From Mobula hypostoma (Eukaryota): a DNA stretch of 64,000 nt. The position numbers and the translations under genes are program-made. Every line of letters starts with the position of its first letter. Within the stretch, counting starts at the first letter, position 1. The stretch lies in NCBI RefSeq assembly GCF_963921235.1, contig NC_086106.1, positions 25,606,001 through 25,670,000 on the forward strand. The letters run 5' to 3'. Positions 36,928 to 50,245 of the stretch are shown one piece after another. Below the pieces are notes generated by a model. That model was given only the letters and a program-made list of their open reading frames with translations, made no database searches and had not been told where the DNA came from.

Positions 36928-38740
36928 AAACAACAGGAATTCTGCAGATGCTGGAAATTCAAGCAACATACATCAAAGTTGCTGGTGAACGCAGCAGGCC
37001 AAGCAGCATCTGTAGGAAGAGGTACAGTCGACGTTTCAGGCCGAGACCCTTCGTCAGGACTAACTGAAGGAAGGGTGAGTAAGGGATTTGAAGGCTGGAG
37101 GGGGAGGGGGAGATGCAAAATGATAGGAGAAGACAGGAGGGGGAGGGATAGAGCCGAGAGCTTGACAGGTGATAGGCAAAAGGGGATACGAGAGGATCAT
37201 GGGACAGGAGGTCCGGGAAGAAAGACAAGGGGGGGTGACCCAGAGGATGGGCAAGAGGTATATTCAGAGGGACAGAGGGAGAAAAAGGAGAGTGAGAGAA
37301 AGAATGTGGGCATAAAAATGAGCAACAGATGGGGTACGAGGGAGAGGTGGGGCCTTAGCGGAAGTTAGAGAAGTCGATGTTCATGCCATCAGGTTGGAGG
37401 CTACCCAGACGGAATATAAGGTGTTGATCCTCCAACCTGAGTGTGGCTTCATCTTTACAGTAGAAGAGGCCGTGTATAGACATGTCATAATGGGAATGGG
37501 ATGTGGAATTAAAATGTGTGGCCACTGGGAGATCCTGCTTTCTCTGGCGGACAGAGTGTAGATGTTCAGCAAAGCGGTCTCCCAGTCTGCGTAGGGTCTC
37601 ACCAATATATAAAAGGCCACATCGGGAGCACCGGACGCAGTATATCACCCCAGTCGACTCACAGGTGAAGTGATGCCTCACCTGGAAGGACTGTTTGGGG
37701 CTCTGAATGGTGGTAAGGGAGGAAGTGTAAGGGCATAGCACTTGTTCCGCTTACATGGATAAGTGCCAGGAGGGAGATCAGTGGGGAGGGATGGGGGGGG
37801 GAAGAATGGACAAGGGATTTGTGTAGGGAGCGATCCCTGCGGAATGCAGAGAGAGGGGGGAAGGGAAAGATGTGCTTAGTGGTGGGATCACGTTGGAGGT
37901 GGCGGAAGTTACGGAGAATAATATGTTGGACCCGGAGGCTGGTGGGGTGGTAGGTGAGGACCAGGGGAAACCTATTCCTAGTGGGGTGGTGGGAGGATGG
38001 AATGAGAGCAGATGTACGTGAAATGAGGGAGATGCGTTTAAGAGCAGAGTTGATAGTGGAGGAAGGGAAGCCCCTTTCTTTAAAAAAGGAAGACATCTCC
38101 CTCGTCCTAGAATGAAAAGCCTCATCCTGAGAGCAGATGCGGCGGAGACGGAGGAATTGCGAGAAGGGGATGGCGTTTTTGCAAGAGACAAGGTGAGAAG
38201 AGGAATAGTCCAGATAGCTGTGAGATTCAGTTGGCTTATAGTAGACATCAGTGGATAAGCTGTCTCCAGAGACAGAGACAGAAAGATCTAGAAAGGGGAG
38301 GGAAGTGTCGGAAATGGACCAGGTAAACTTGAGGGCAGGGTGAAAGTTGGAGGCAAAGTTAATAAAGTCAGCGAGTTCTGCATGCGTGCAGGAAGCAGCG
38401 CCAATGCAGTCGTCGATGTAGCGAAGGAAAAGTGGGGGACAGATACCAGAATAGGCACGGAACATAGATTGTTCCACAAACCCAACAAAAAGGCAGGCAT
38501 AGCTAGGACCCATACGGGTGCCCATAGCTTCACCTTTAGTTTGGAGGAAATGGGCGGAGCCAAAGGAGAAATTATTAAGAGTAAGGACTAATTCCGCTAG
38601 ACGGAGCAGAGTGGTGGTAGAGGGGAACTGATTAGGTCTGGAATCCAAAAAGAAGCGTAGAGCTTTGAGACCTTCCTGATGGGAGATGGAAGTATATAAG
38701 GACTGGACACCTTCCTGATGGGGGAATGGAAATCTATATA
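36928..38740 (-). mobile_element. Penelope-like retroelement (Neptune-type), 5'-truncated: RT + GIY-YIG endonuclease
   Basis: RT motifs AMGTRMGPSYA and FLRYIDD (37659-38750). GIY-YIG motif GVIYCVRCSRCGLLYIGET (37355-37741). Cys-rich linker PCKRNKCY/CP is frameshifted. Pseudo-LTR at 36928-37070. Confidence 0.9.
37025..37062 (-). ncRNA. Minimal hammerhead ribozyme in the Penelope pseudo-LTR
   Basis: UAGUC-CUGACGA-AGG(GUCUCGG)CCU-GAA-ACGU-C/GACUG: intact core, stem I AGUC:GACU, stem II AGG:CCU, palindromic ACGU stem III. Confidence 0.75.
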
Positions 38741-39299
38741 TCGGCAACATCGTACATTAAATCAACTAAGCAGATGATGATTTGAAGATGCTACTCATCT
38801 AGAAGACAAGTGATTCAAGTCAGGACTAGCAGAGGCTTTCTGGGAGGCTCGGTGCTTTCGTTTCTAAGCATATACGCCTTTTACTTCTAAAATAGGGGAC
38901 TGCAGATCATAAGAATGGACTGACGTTAATTGACTCTACTTCCCCTCCTACGTTCTCTCTCTCTCTTTCTCTCTCTGTCGCTCTCCCATTCACACTTTCT
39001 CCTTCATTCCATCCGCTATCACTTTATTTCTCGCTTTCTCTTTCTACTGTGTTTTCCTTTCTCCTTCTCTGTTTGATGTCTCTCACTGTCTCACTTCATC
39101 TCTCTGACGTCCGCCTCTCTATGTCCTCATCCTATTCGACTCCCTCAGTTTCTCTCTGCCACTGTCAGGTCCTCTTTCCAACTCCTGCATTCTCTATCCT
39201 TCCTTCGGATCTTTCCCATCCACCTCTCCGCAGCCCCCTTCCCAGATGTTGAAAACGGCCGCAGGTAAATGAGCACCAATATAAAATTGTGATACGAAG

Positions 39300-40480
39300 A
39301 ATTTGCTTCCAGCGGATGACCTCTTGCAGACCTCTCTCACAAAGGGTTACGGAGTCAATGATTTCCTTTAAAACACCGAGAATATGTTTGCATATTCAAA
39401 GGATCGGGAAAATCTGCAATCTTCTGTAAATATAAGCAAAGAATATTGAGGAGTTTCGACCGACTCAGATAGTTTGAACTTTCTCTGCTCGCCTTTGATT
39501 GCAAACATGGAACTAGTCCCGGTCACGGCGGCAACCACTCCTTGTTCAAGTATCCAATGTCTACATCTCCCATACTTACAAAACAGAGTAGGGAGCTACT
39601 GCAACAATGTTTTACGAAAAGGTAAATCCCGACAACAAATATTCTTAGTGTGAGGTAGATGTTCTTTCACCAGAATATCGGACATGTTCGATGTATTTTG
39701 AGCTATGGTTGTTTGCCTGCTGAAGAATCAGCTATGATCGAGCATTTTGTGTCTGTATTGGAGATCACAGGGATAGATAATGCTAGTGTTAAATCAAGGT
39801 GAATAATGAGAGGGCAAGTGAGCGTAACAGCAGGGAAATACAATCCATTCTGAGGGCAGTTGAGACAAAGCGTCTTCGATAGGATTGAGGTACAATGTCT
39901 TCATATGTTCCGGTAGAGACCGTAAGACCGATGTTACAAATTCATAAATCGGTGATTGAACGGCGCTTGGAGAATTGAGTATTCCGGCTGCTGCTGTAAA
40001 ATGTAGGAGAAAGAACATGGAAGGAAACATACAATAGAAAGTGCGTGTACATGCGGCCAGGGGCAGGAAGGTGATCGGTAGAGTCAACAGAGTCTTTAAC
40101 AGATAAGTAAGGAAGGTAGGCAGTGATACTAACCAAATAAGGTTGAGATGGTGGGCCAAATGAGAATACTTAGGTGGAGGGGCGAAGGTTCCGGGTCGAG
40201 GTACGGACTTAGGATGTTGATCGCGTGGAGACAGATAGAGAGGGTAAAGAATCTTGGAGACAAAGAGCTGGAGGGTGCTTAGAGAGAAGAGGCGTGCGAG
40301 GGAAATGGGAGAGTCAGAACGGATGAGAGAAAGAAAAGGGATGGGATAAATGAAATTGCAAATTTTATTTATCATGCAGGTGGGATGTAAACACGCCAGG
40401 TGAAACATGAGATACAGTTCCTCTAATTGAATTGGCTTTATTTGGGCAGATAAAGAGATGAAGATCGAATACAGATCAAG
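39300..40480. mobile_element. Possible highly decayed L1/Tx1-like LINE remnant
   Basis: Only weak resemblance of translated fragments to L1 ORF2; unique sequence not seen in the V cassettes. Confidence 0.3.
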
Positions 40481-40729
40481 AACATGGGTTCAGACTAATA
40501 GACTCTTGGCCAAACACATTTTTGCCATTTGGAAAATAAACAAATTTCAGAATTGCATTATAGATACTTACTTTGATGGTAAAGTGAACCTTTGAAAATT
40601 TGAACATTTGAAGATATATTATAGTTAATGTAACCCAGTGTTTTTATCTGCCTTTATTATCAAGTATTTCATTGTAATGCTGCCGAGGAAAGACGTTTTA
40701 GATTACATGTGTTGATATTAACTCCGATT

Positions 40730-41250
40730 CTGAACATTTCAAGTGCCTAGGAGTAAACAGACGGTAAAACCACGTTGACGCCACGGCCAAGATACCTCGC
40801 AAAAACTCTGTATCGCATACGACTAAAGCAACTGAGTATGTCCCCATCGGCCTGCAGAAATATTTATCGATGCTTCACGCCTTGGTATTTCAACTGCTCT
40901 GCCCATGACTGCAGAGTTAGAGACGAATCTGAGAAACCAGCCGACCCTCCATGAATTGTGTCCATCTTTCTTGCTGCCTCGGTGAAGCTGCCAGCTTAAA
41001 TAAAAACATACAAACCTTCATCAATCCCTGCCCTGTGTTGTGTACTTTTTTGCAGTCCTGGGTCGGTATGAAGTCTAGTGTAGTTTTTATTTGTGTGTTT
41101 TTTTTTAAGGTAGTTCAGTGTAGTTTTTGTATCGTTTCATGTAGCACCATGGGCCTGGAAAACGTTGTCTCATTTTTACTATGTTCTGTACAAACAGTTA
41201 TGGTTGAAATGACAATAAAAAGTGACTTTACTTGACTTGACCTGACTTGC
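40730..41250 (+). mobile_element. Rex1/Babar-like LINE 3' remnant
   Basis: FKCLGV..HVDATAK remnant, 3' UTR ending aataaaaagtgact and (acttg)n tail. Confidence 0.6.
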
Positions 41251-41349
41251 TTCTGAGTGCAGTGGCTCTCCTGTGAGCAGAAGGTTCAAGAGGTTTGGTG
41301 TTTATAGGGTGAAGGTGCTGTCTGTCAAAATAACCAGATCAATTGAACG

Positions 41350-41660
41350 GTTCGCGTCTGTGCTGCAGAGAGAAGGAGAAGCATTATTGGACATATAGAA
41401 TTTTGAGATGGCTTACCCAGTGGACCGAGGATACTTCTCCTGGTAAAAGCAGCCGGAGTATTGAGACTTTGATTGGATTGAGAGACATTGTCTTCAGAAT
41501 GTGAGCTGAATACGATGGAATCAGAATAGGAAAGATAGACAATCTGCGACCAGATAGGGGAGGGCTATTGGGACGCTGTGTGGGAAGGAGTTCTAATAGC
41601 TTATCAAGGGGATTTACTTTGATCAGAAGGAAAGACAGGGAACGGGATGGCCGGAACATT
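41350..41660 (-). mobile_element. L1/Tx1-like endonuclease-region fragment
   Basis: Degenerate LNP..L and SSVHWVSHLK similarity. Confidence 0.35.
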
Positions 41661-42659
41661 TGAGCAGTGAGAAAATAAACTTAATAACGTCGTTTTGCAG
41701 AAACCCCGTGGAAGAAATACAGTACAGTTCCTTCGGTTTGCATTATGCCTCAACCTGCTCTTCGTGGAAGCTGGCAAGGTCCGACTTCCCTTCATATCAA
41801 AACGCTATCATCGTCTGTGCATCCTTTAGTTTTCCTCCCCTACGAGTTCGAAACTGTAAACAAATAAAGAAAATCAATAAGCAATATATTTTCTGAGCTT
41901 AGGAGTCAGGAGTTCAATCCCTTGTCCCCTAACGGTGTTGTGTTCATCGGGTTCTGTCCTGGGAAGGTGTGAAGGTGCCTGAGTCTCGTGGCCGGGCCCA
42001 CGTTGACGTGGAGGTTAGGCTGAGGACACCCTCTGGTATCAGAGCCCACTGCACTCAGGATATATATATTTTTTTGTCCAGATCTGCCTTCATCCCGAAA
42101 ATATTTGGGCTGATTTGCGCAAAGGTACAGCAGAGAAATCCACACATGAACTCTGGATATAGTTTCCTGCTCTGGAAATACGACATCCTGTCAGGGTTGT
42201 CTTCAGACCGAGCCACATATGCGAGGATGAACATTGTTAATATTTTTCTAACGTTTCCACGATGTTGATTGTTCTACAGATAGGCAATGCCAGTTGCTGA
42301 GTAATTTCATCACAGCGACATGCTCTGTCCTTCCTAATTAAATAATTCTTTCCGATCCTGGCTCAACTAATCCGCCCCATTCGTACGTCTAACAAACTCA
42401 AAGTTTGTCGGATACTTATGGGTTGAGTTAAGAAACTGCAAGGGTTAAGGGCCCGTGCTGGCTGCTATACACAAGCCTCCCGACAGTAGCTAGAATGTGG
42501 AGCACAGATTACACAGTCATGGTCATACTTTATTGATCCCGGGGGAAATTAGTTATCGTTACAGTTGCATCATAGATAATTAAATGGCAATAAAACCATA
42601 AATAGTTAAATAGTAATATGTAAATTATGCCAGGAAATAAATCCAGGACCAGCCTATTG

Positions 42660-43860
42660 GAAATAGAAACAGGAAATAGAATACAAGAGGAAATAGAAAA
42701 TGTGTGCCAAAAGGGTAATATTATGGTAGTCATGGGAGATGTCAACACGTAGGTTGATTGGGAAAGTCAGTTTAGATATGTATTTCAAGAGAGTGAGTGT
42801 GTTGAATTCCTATGAAACGACACTTTAGAGCAGTTTGCCCATCACCCTACAAGGCGATCAGTTCTACAGGATTAGTTGTTGTGCAATGAACTGGAAATAA
42901 TTAGTGACCTTAGGATAAAAGAACAATTTCAAGGCAGTGATCCCAATATGATTGAATTCAACTTGAAATTTGATAATGAGAAAGTAAAGTCTGACGAAGC
43001 AGCATTTCAGCACAGTAAAGGAAATGTCAGTTGTATGAGAGGGGAGTTGGCCAACGAATTCAGAGTGGAGGACTATGAACGACAGGCTGCAAGGGAGGAC
43101 AACAGAGCATTAAAGGCATGAATTTCTGGGGGAAATGAGAAAGGTGGCTGATAGCTGTATCCAAAAATGAGGAAATACGCAAATGGCAAAGTAGTGCAAA
43201 CGTGGATGACAAGTGGAGTCAACGCTAACGTAAAGGCAAAAGATTAGGTATAAAACAAAGCAGAAATTAATAGGAAGACAAAGGATTACTAAGCTGTCAA
43301 AACCCTAGAGAACAACTAAAAGAATCATTAGGAGGAAAAAGATGAAATATGACCGCAATATCAAAGTGGATAGTAAGAGGTGCTTTGAAGAATGATAAAA
43401 AAAATACGTGAGATGACAGTGTATATAGAAAGCAAGAAAATGTATCCGGAAAAATAATGCGCGGGGACAAGTAATGGAAGATGAACAATATGAGTATTTC
43501 GCATCAGGTTTCACTGTGAAAGACCCGAGCAGTGGGTTATGCACTTTGGTATAGGAAAACAAATGCAGACTATTTTGTAAGCGGGGAGAAAATCCAAAAA
43601 TCTCTGATGCAAAGAGACTTGGGGGATCCAAGTGCAGAACACCCTGACGGTTAACTTGCAGGTAGAGTCGGTGGTGAGGAAGGTAAATAAAATGTTAGCA
43701 TTCATTTCAAAATGTACAGAATACATGGGCAGAGATGTAATGCAGGGGATTTCTAAGACACGGGAGGGCTCACCTTGAAAATTCTGAACAGTTTTGGGTT
43801 CCTATTCTAACAAAGATGTACTGGCATTGGAAAGGGTTCAGATCAAATTCACAAGAATGA
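42660..43860 (+). mobile_element. CR1 LINE remnant (internally deleted); short Rex1-like 3' piece at about 42520-42660
   Basis: VVMGD endonuclease end, GSDPNMIEFN, and RT C-terminal remnants (QRDLG, VESVVRKVNKMLAFI). Confidence 0.75.
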
Positions 43861-44829
43861 CACTGTCATTCCGCAAGCAAAGCAGCTGTCTAACTAACTG
43901 AACAATGTAGTCAGTAATTTTTCGCCTTTCCCCTGCAGTATGCTCCTAAACCCCCGATCAGCTCCATTGGGCTTCCCGTCGTGCCAAAAAAAAAGCCTTA
44001 TAACTCTTACATGTAACACACTGAAGTCAGAAGAGGACTCTCTTCCTTGAGGAAGAGCACCACTTCAACACTTCAGGCTCTCCACCAGTCTCTCTCATTC
44101 CACATGTTCACAAAATGCCACTCATCGGTATCTGAGAGGTCTTCTCCACCAAGGCCTCATAGTTCTGCTCCCCCTCGAGGGTGTGCTTCACTTCCTTGAG
44201 CATTATCAGCCTATGATAACATTGTTCCTTCGCCGTTTATTTATGCAGGAGGGACTGTAAGTGCTGATAGCAACTCAGAATTTATGCAGGAGGGAACGTA
44301 AGTGCTGATAGCACCTCAGAATTTTTCCCCTGGCAGAGGACTCATTAGATGCACTACATCAGACAACTCTTGCCTTTCACTCCGGAGCAAAGACAACAAC
44401 TTGTCTTTGAAGTCTCCGCCCTGAATTACGAAAAACACTACGTCCAGTTCTGCACCCTCACCTACTCTCCCCTCTGCTTTGTAGGTATGAGCGGCCCATG
44501 GCTCAGCTTCTCGCGGGACCACAATATTACTAGAAAGATCAACTGCCGTCACATCTTCCGTAGCCTGAACGAAATTGAAATTTTTGCTCACTGCTTGTAC
44601 AAGCTGCCAACTTTACTGAGCTTTGCTCCATCCGTTTCGCAACGAAGGGCAGAATCATTCAGCATCCAGACACAGTGCTTAACCCAGGAAACTTTCGGGT
44701 ACTATGAGAAATTCATCAGACACAATGACGAATTTAACTGGAAAAAAGACACTGACAAGGTCAGCTGGGTTCGTGCGAAATCGGGTTTACTACTATTTCT
44801 AGCTTTTGCATTTATAATTCCCTCCGCCC

Positions 44830-44831
<2 letters not shown>

Positions 44832-44898
<67 letters not shown>
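44832..44898. repeat. (CT)n microsatellite
   Basis: About 33 CT units. Confidence 0.98.
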
Positions 44899-44904
<6 letters not shown>

Positions 44905-46249
44905 CCTTTTCCCCTCTCGATTTACATTTTCTGGCCGTTTACTGTCCTATCTATATCCTTTTCTCTGTATGACTCTCGGTTTTTCTACTCCATCACTCCC
45001 ACTTCGTGAGGAACTACACGGATGCTTACGTAGAAAGATAACATTCACCTCGAGCGAGATATCTAGCCTGTGTGATTTACTCATACTAATTAGCAGACAA
45101 GGGAACATACTACAGGTCAGGATATATGCCATAATGGGGGCATTTTATCAGGCAATGCACTGCTAATCGATTGTGTTCTGCTGGCGTCAGTTTGTCTCCG
45201 ACACTTGCTGATTGAGGTAATATCAGAAAAGTTTAGACTGTACGATGTGATTTTATTCAGTCTTAAATGCATGAAATTTTGAATCAAAAAGTAAAAATAT
45301 TTTGTGAAATACTGTCTTCTTCATGCGGAGATTAAAATTTCAGAACTTTCATGGGGACTGTGATCTAATTTGTGCAGTTGATCAGTGGGATTGTTTTATG
45401 CGTACACACAAGATTAAAATTATAGTGGTAAAAGAATCTATGCTTTCATTCCTTACTTCGACAGGAAACTGGACAGTTTTCCCGTCGTGCAGGTGATACA
45501 CAGTATACAAACACAATTTCTACTCTGAGATTATAAAAGTAATGGACTGCAGGATGAGATCATCTTTTAACCCCCAATGCACCAATTGTGGCCTGACGCT
45601 GTTTTGCCATTCATTATTTTGTTAAATTTGCTGTCCTTTTATTCTACGTTCCAACATTGTTGACCTTGTACTCTCTCGTCAAACAGTGCAAATAATTGAT
45701 CTATATGATCGGAACCAATTCAACCATTCACAGTATGTTGACACATTTGACTAATGCAATTCTAACTTGGATATTTAACAGGATATTGGAAGGAAACCGT
45801 CCTCATTGACAAATCTATTCCGGAGATATCAAACACTCTTGTTTTGTCCTGTCTTGTCACTCTTATTCTTTCCTCAGAGACTGTGAACGCTTCTATCACA
45901 ACTGCATCCGTGAAATCTATCATCCAATACATCCCCAGTTGCTCCCACAATGATCCGAGCAAACTGGTAAAAGACAATGTTGAGCACAGTTGACAAACGT
46001 GATATGGCATCCCATGCAAAAGTGCGTTTTTAGATACTGTAGATATACAAGTAATGGATTGTAATGCTTTCATTTGTGTTGAACGCAAGAACGGCAATCA
46101 AGCTTGACAGTTTTGCTACTGAGCGCCTCCCATTTAAGTCGACCGCGTAATATTACTGATATCTGTGTTCGCCCCTTTCCATTAACTGTGAAAACACACT
46201 CCACTGACACTTAGTGCATCACCCAGAACTTTCTTTTCGTACTAACCCG

Positions 46250-46560
46250 AAGTCTCCCTGCAAAGGCGTAGTTCTCATAGCTCAAAGGAACATGGTAGAG
46301 TACAAAAAGAGTTCCAAAATATTCAAGTGAGCAGTTTTGCAGAATTTCAGCGAAATGGCGATAATCTAACCGGATATTTTTGAGTGAGCTCCAAATTTTC
46401 GCTGAGGTATAAACAGTATCTTCACAAGTTACTTTAGAGATTGCCCGCAATGCGGAATGTATTTTAAAAAAAGTTAAACCGGCGCTAGTGTTGTGTTCTG
46501 TCTTTCCTCAAACGTTAATTGAAGGGAAGTCTCCATCACTGATTTTCTTTCCAGTCAATA
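46250..46560 (-). pseudogene. Heavily decayed V relic
   Basis: Acceptor-region homology, SVMETSLQLTFEERQNTTL, KTAHLNI and AMRT remnants with many frameshifts. Confidence 0.5.
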
Positions 46561-47039
46561 AAAGGCAGAATGTTGGAAGATCCCTGGCTTGCAATAATCT
46601 CACGAGCAATCCGTTGTATGCTACTTGCTGGACTCGACAACAAACGGCCAGTGCGAACAATAAGGAACAGAGGAATGGCGCATGGCGTCCAGTTTGTGGC
46701 TCTGTCGAAAAACAGTCTAGTTCCAAGTATTTACTATTAATTGACAAATATTGGAAAATTAGTGCCAATCAGCATCACACAACCGTTATTTAAGATAGCA
46801 AGACTTCTCTCCCTGAAGAATTGGCTGATTAGTTCGCCAACCAGCGCTACATTTTGTTGTTGTTGTTGCTGGTACACTTTACTCCACATTATTTTATTGT
46901 TTTAACTTGTCCTATCTCGACAGCCAATTGATGTGTATCAGTCTTTCACTGTTTAGCTACAGCTGTAACAATAATAGACATATTTCCTTTCAAATTTGTG
47001 AGCCCATGTCCCATCCACGTGAATCTTTGCTTTGATCAT

Positions 47040-47330
47040 GAGCATTTCGAATGTCACCTCATCCAATTCTGTCTAAGGAAACACAGTCATTGTATCTCCA
47101 GGTTTCCCCACACTGTAATACACTCAAGGATGTAGAGTGAATTTGTCATGGATGATGTCGAACACGGTCGATGCATTGATATGGTGTTCCAGGCAAAAGA
47201 GCTTTGCAGGATGTATATCCCTGAAATGCATTGAAAATATGCAATTTCAGTACACGTTACATTCCACAATTTGGGCGTCTTAATTCGAACCCACGACACA
47301 ACTGACCTTGAAGTGCGCTCCTTCCAGTTT
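47040..47330 (-). mobile_element. Rex1/Babar-like fragment
   Basis: LYILECITVWGN remnant. Confidence 0.4.
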
Positions 47331-47379
47331 CACAACGAAAGGCGTGTTCCAGTTAGAGCTCATTGCGTCATCGACGACA

Positions 47380-47810
47380 GGGTTTTGTGCAGACCCGCAG
47401 TCTACCTGCTACAGCCTGGTTCCCGTTGCACAGAGAAAAACGGTGGAGCCCAAAACAAGAGTGTAGAGATATTCAAATGTGCCGGCTTGATACCTTTCTT
47501 CAAACGAGCAGTAAACCTCAAAGTTCCTTGCTTTCCTGAGCTATATCCCCTTCGCAAGCATTTTCGCAATAACTCACAAAGCTGATGGTACCGACAGCGT
47601 CGGTGTATTCACAGTTCCATCTTTCCTCAATAATTAATTCTAGAGGGTTCGAGATCACTGAAAATGTTTCCATTCGTCATTGGAATAAAAGACAGAATGT
47701 TTCAACATTCCTGTGGTCCATTAAACCCACGAAACAGTACCTGTCCGATTACGCAAAGACTCACAACACAGTACAGTTGAAACTATCAGAAAATTAAGAA
47801 AACATGCATA
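47380..47810 (-). pseudogene. Decayed family-1-like V relic with recognisable RSS
   Basis: LRFTARLKKGIKPAHLNIS...FLCATG; CAGGCTG + 23 nt + ACAAAACCC (47380-47418); decayed leader with GTGAGT donor near 47760. Confidence 0.65.
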
Positions 47811-49778
47811 GCTTTGGGCTTCTGGCTTATTCGAAAGGCATATTAGTTCCAGGCAGTTACTATCAATTGATAGAAGGAGAGAGATGATGATCAACGGCAC
47901 TCTTCACTTTGATTAGGATCGGGCATATTGCCCTACTGAATTATTCGCTGATCAAAAGGGGCCCAGACTTTCTGAGCACCAGTCAGAATCTATGTTGTTT
48001 CAGATTATCGCTCATCGTGTTTTGATGCTCTTAAAGAAAGTACTTATAGCAGAGTGGTAGAAACTGCACTTAAAACTCGAGGTACATGCTTTCAACATTG
48101 CATGTTCTCCTTTTGGAGACAATGGGGTTACCAGTGGGAGGAGAGAACATCGACTATTTGCTGATGCTGTCTGCCAGATGTGCAGACGGAGTCCAAACCA
48201 CAGAGAGTGGTTTTCGTGATGTGTCTTCAGTTGCTTGATGAATAGCATAGCGGTTTGCGCGACTTTGTTAAATCTGGGATCTTCGGAGTTCAATGTTCAA
48301 TTCCGGCGTTTGCAAGGCGTCTGGACGTACAATGGTTGCAATCATTGTTGACTTTTTGCTTTCAGTCCAAATCCTTGAGTTTCTTCCCACAGTGCAAGTT
48401 AGGTTATTGGGTCATTGTAAGTTGATCCATGAATAATAAGTATTAAATATGGGTTGTCAGGGTTTGCTACGGCGGTGCGAGTTAAAGGCATACTCTGTGC
48501 CGTATCGCGCAGAAAACAAGTAAATGAATATCCAAATATCGCGAAAATGGAATGTACAGTTCCCATATGGGTACGTCTTCAAACGAAGAAGTGATGTTCA
48601 GTCTTGAAAACACTTTGTCACTGAGTGTTTCAGTCTTATATCTAGTAGTTGTGTAACACCAGGGGTGTTTCCCTGGTTAAAAGATTCGTTGACACAATGA
48701 ACGGAGTCTTTCTGAGCGCCAATCAGAATAGGCTTTGTTTCCTTTCGTCATTCTGTTCCTTTTACCGTTCTTTCAAGGTCCCGTGCCCCTTTCCCCCAAT
48801 CTCTCTCTTAGTGTGCCCTTCTGCCTCTGCCACGTATTCTCTGCATACTCACAGCATATCCACATACTTCTCGATGTGTAATCTAGAACAATTCAGACTC
48901 GATCTAATGCCAGATTACATCCAAAAAACTAATACCACAGATTTGCGAGAATGATGTGAGATACGCTTCACCGTTCACTTCGTGTAAACCTGCGTAAATT
49001 TCTCTGCTAATTGAGAGTTGAACCGGGCAATTATGAGCAGAGCCTATTTAACCACCGATCTGAATGAAAACGCTACGTCTCCGTTTATCAACCATTCTCT
49101 CTAATATTATTCGATTTGTCTTTCTCACCCTTCCCTTCTTCGTTCTAATTGAATTGACCGTTCCTTTCTAGCAAAGCATCTCCTTCTTTGTTCTCTCTTT
49201 CGTTACTCTGCGATTATTCTTCGCGGTGTCTCTCAATCGCTCTGTGTCTGCCTCTGTTTTTTAATCTGCAATTTTTTCTAATTCATCAATTTCACTAGTT
49301 GTCGGAACATCTTTTATTCCATTGCCAGTCCAATCGGTATTCATTTTCAATCCTAAGAATAAACATCCATTTAACTCCACTTTTAGGGATCTAATGCCAA
49401 TGGACTCCACCTAAAACGTATCTTAATCAGAAGCATATAGCGTGATAGCTAATCCGATGCTATCTAATCATATACATCCTCATTCATCTTCACCGTTAAT
49501 TCCTAAGAGTGATGAAATTGATATCCAGCAAAAAAAAACACACACTATATTGTTATAAGCATGAGAGAGAGACATGGACACCGAGATATACTGGAGATGT
49601 TTCGGTAAGCTGCCAGAATATACCTGGGGAAAGCTGAATTCAAGACGTGTTCCACAAGGTTGGGGGCATTTTGCTGCTGAATGCAGCGTTTGATGTCGAC
49701 CACGTTATCCTCATCCATTGCGTGTACAGCTCTTCCAGGTTACCAGCAACAGTCGCCCTCTTGTGATCACATAAGGCT

Positions 49779-50245
49779 GAATTTTGTCCGGATTCGCTGC
49801 CTCACTGCAATAATTCGGGGTGTATTGCACAGTGGTATACGCCAGAGTCAGAGACAACACTTCCGGAGATATTTAAACGAGCTGACTCTGCGTTTGTGCA
49901 TATCAGGTGTAAACTTCGCCGGACATTTTGGAGGCCGCTCCAGTTCTCCTGAGCCATATACCTTCAGCAGTTTTTTTGGAGATTTTCCGTCATGCTGAGT
50001 GTATCAAAATGTTTTCATTAGTTCGGGTGGATTTGCAGTTCAGTGTTGTGATTTGACATTGGTCAACCAGTAATTTAGGAACATCCTGGATCACTGAATT
50101 GTTCCCACTAGTTCCTACAATAAAGGACAAAATGCAGAAATATCCCTGACTTGCACTGAACTCACGTCGCACTCGCTGGTCATGTGTACAGCGACTTACC
50201 TGTCAGGATGGCGAATGCAATCAACAAGAAACACAGGGAAAACAT
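49779..50245 (-). pseudogene. Family-2 V pseudogene C
   Basis: Leader MFSLCFLLIAFAILT/G (50200-50245), exon GTSGNNSVIQD..LNCK, frameshift at Trp41, DSGVYHCAIH end, heptamer lost. Confidence 0.8.

Noticed and set aside
44349-44972. 207-aa plus-strand ORF as a gene
   Set aside because: It ends in a (CT)n tract and has no recognisable domain; kept only as part of the low-confidence coding-like island.
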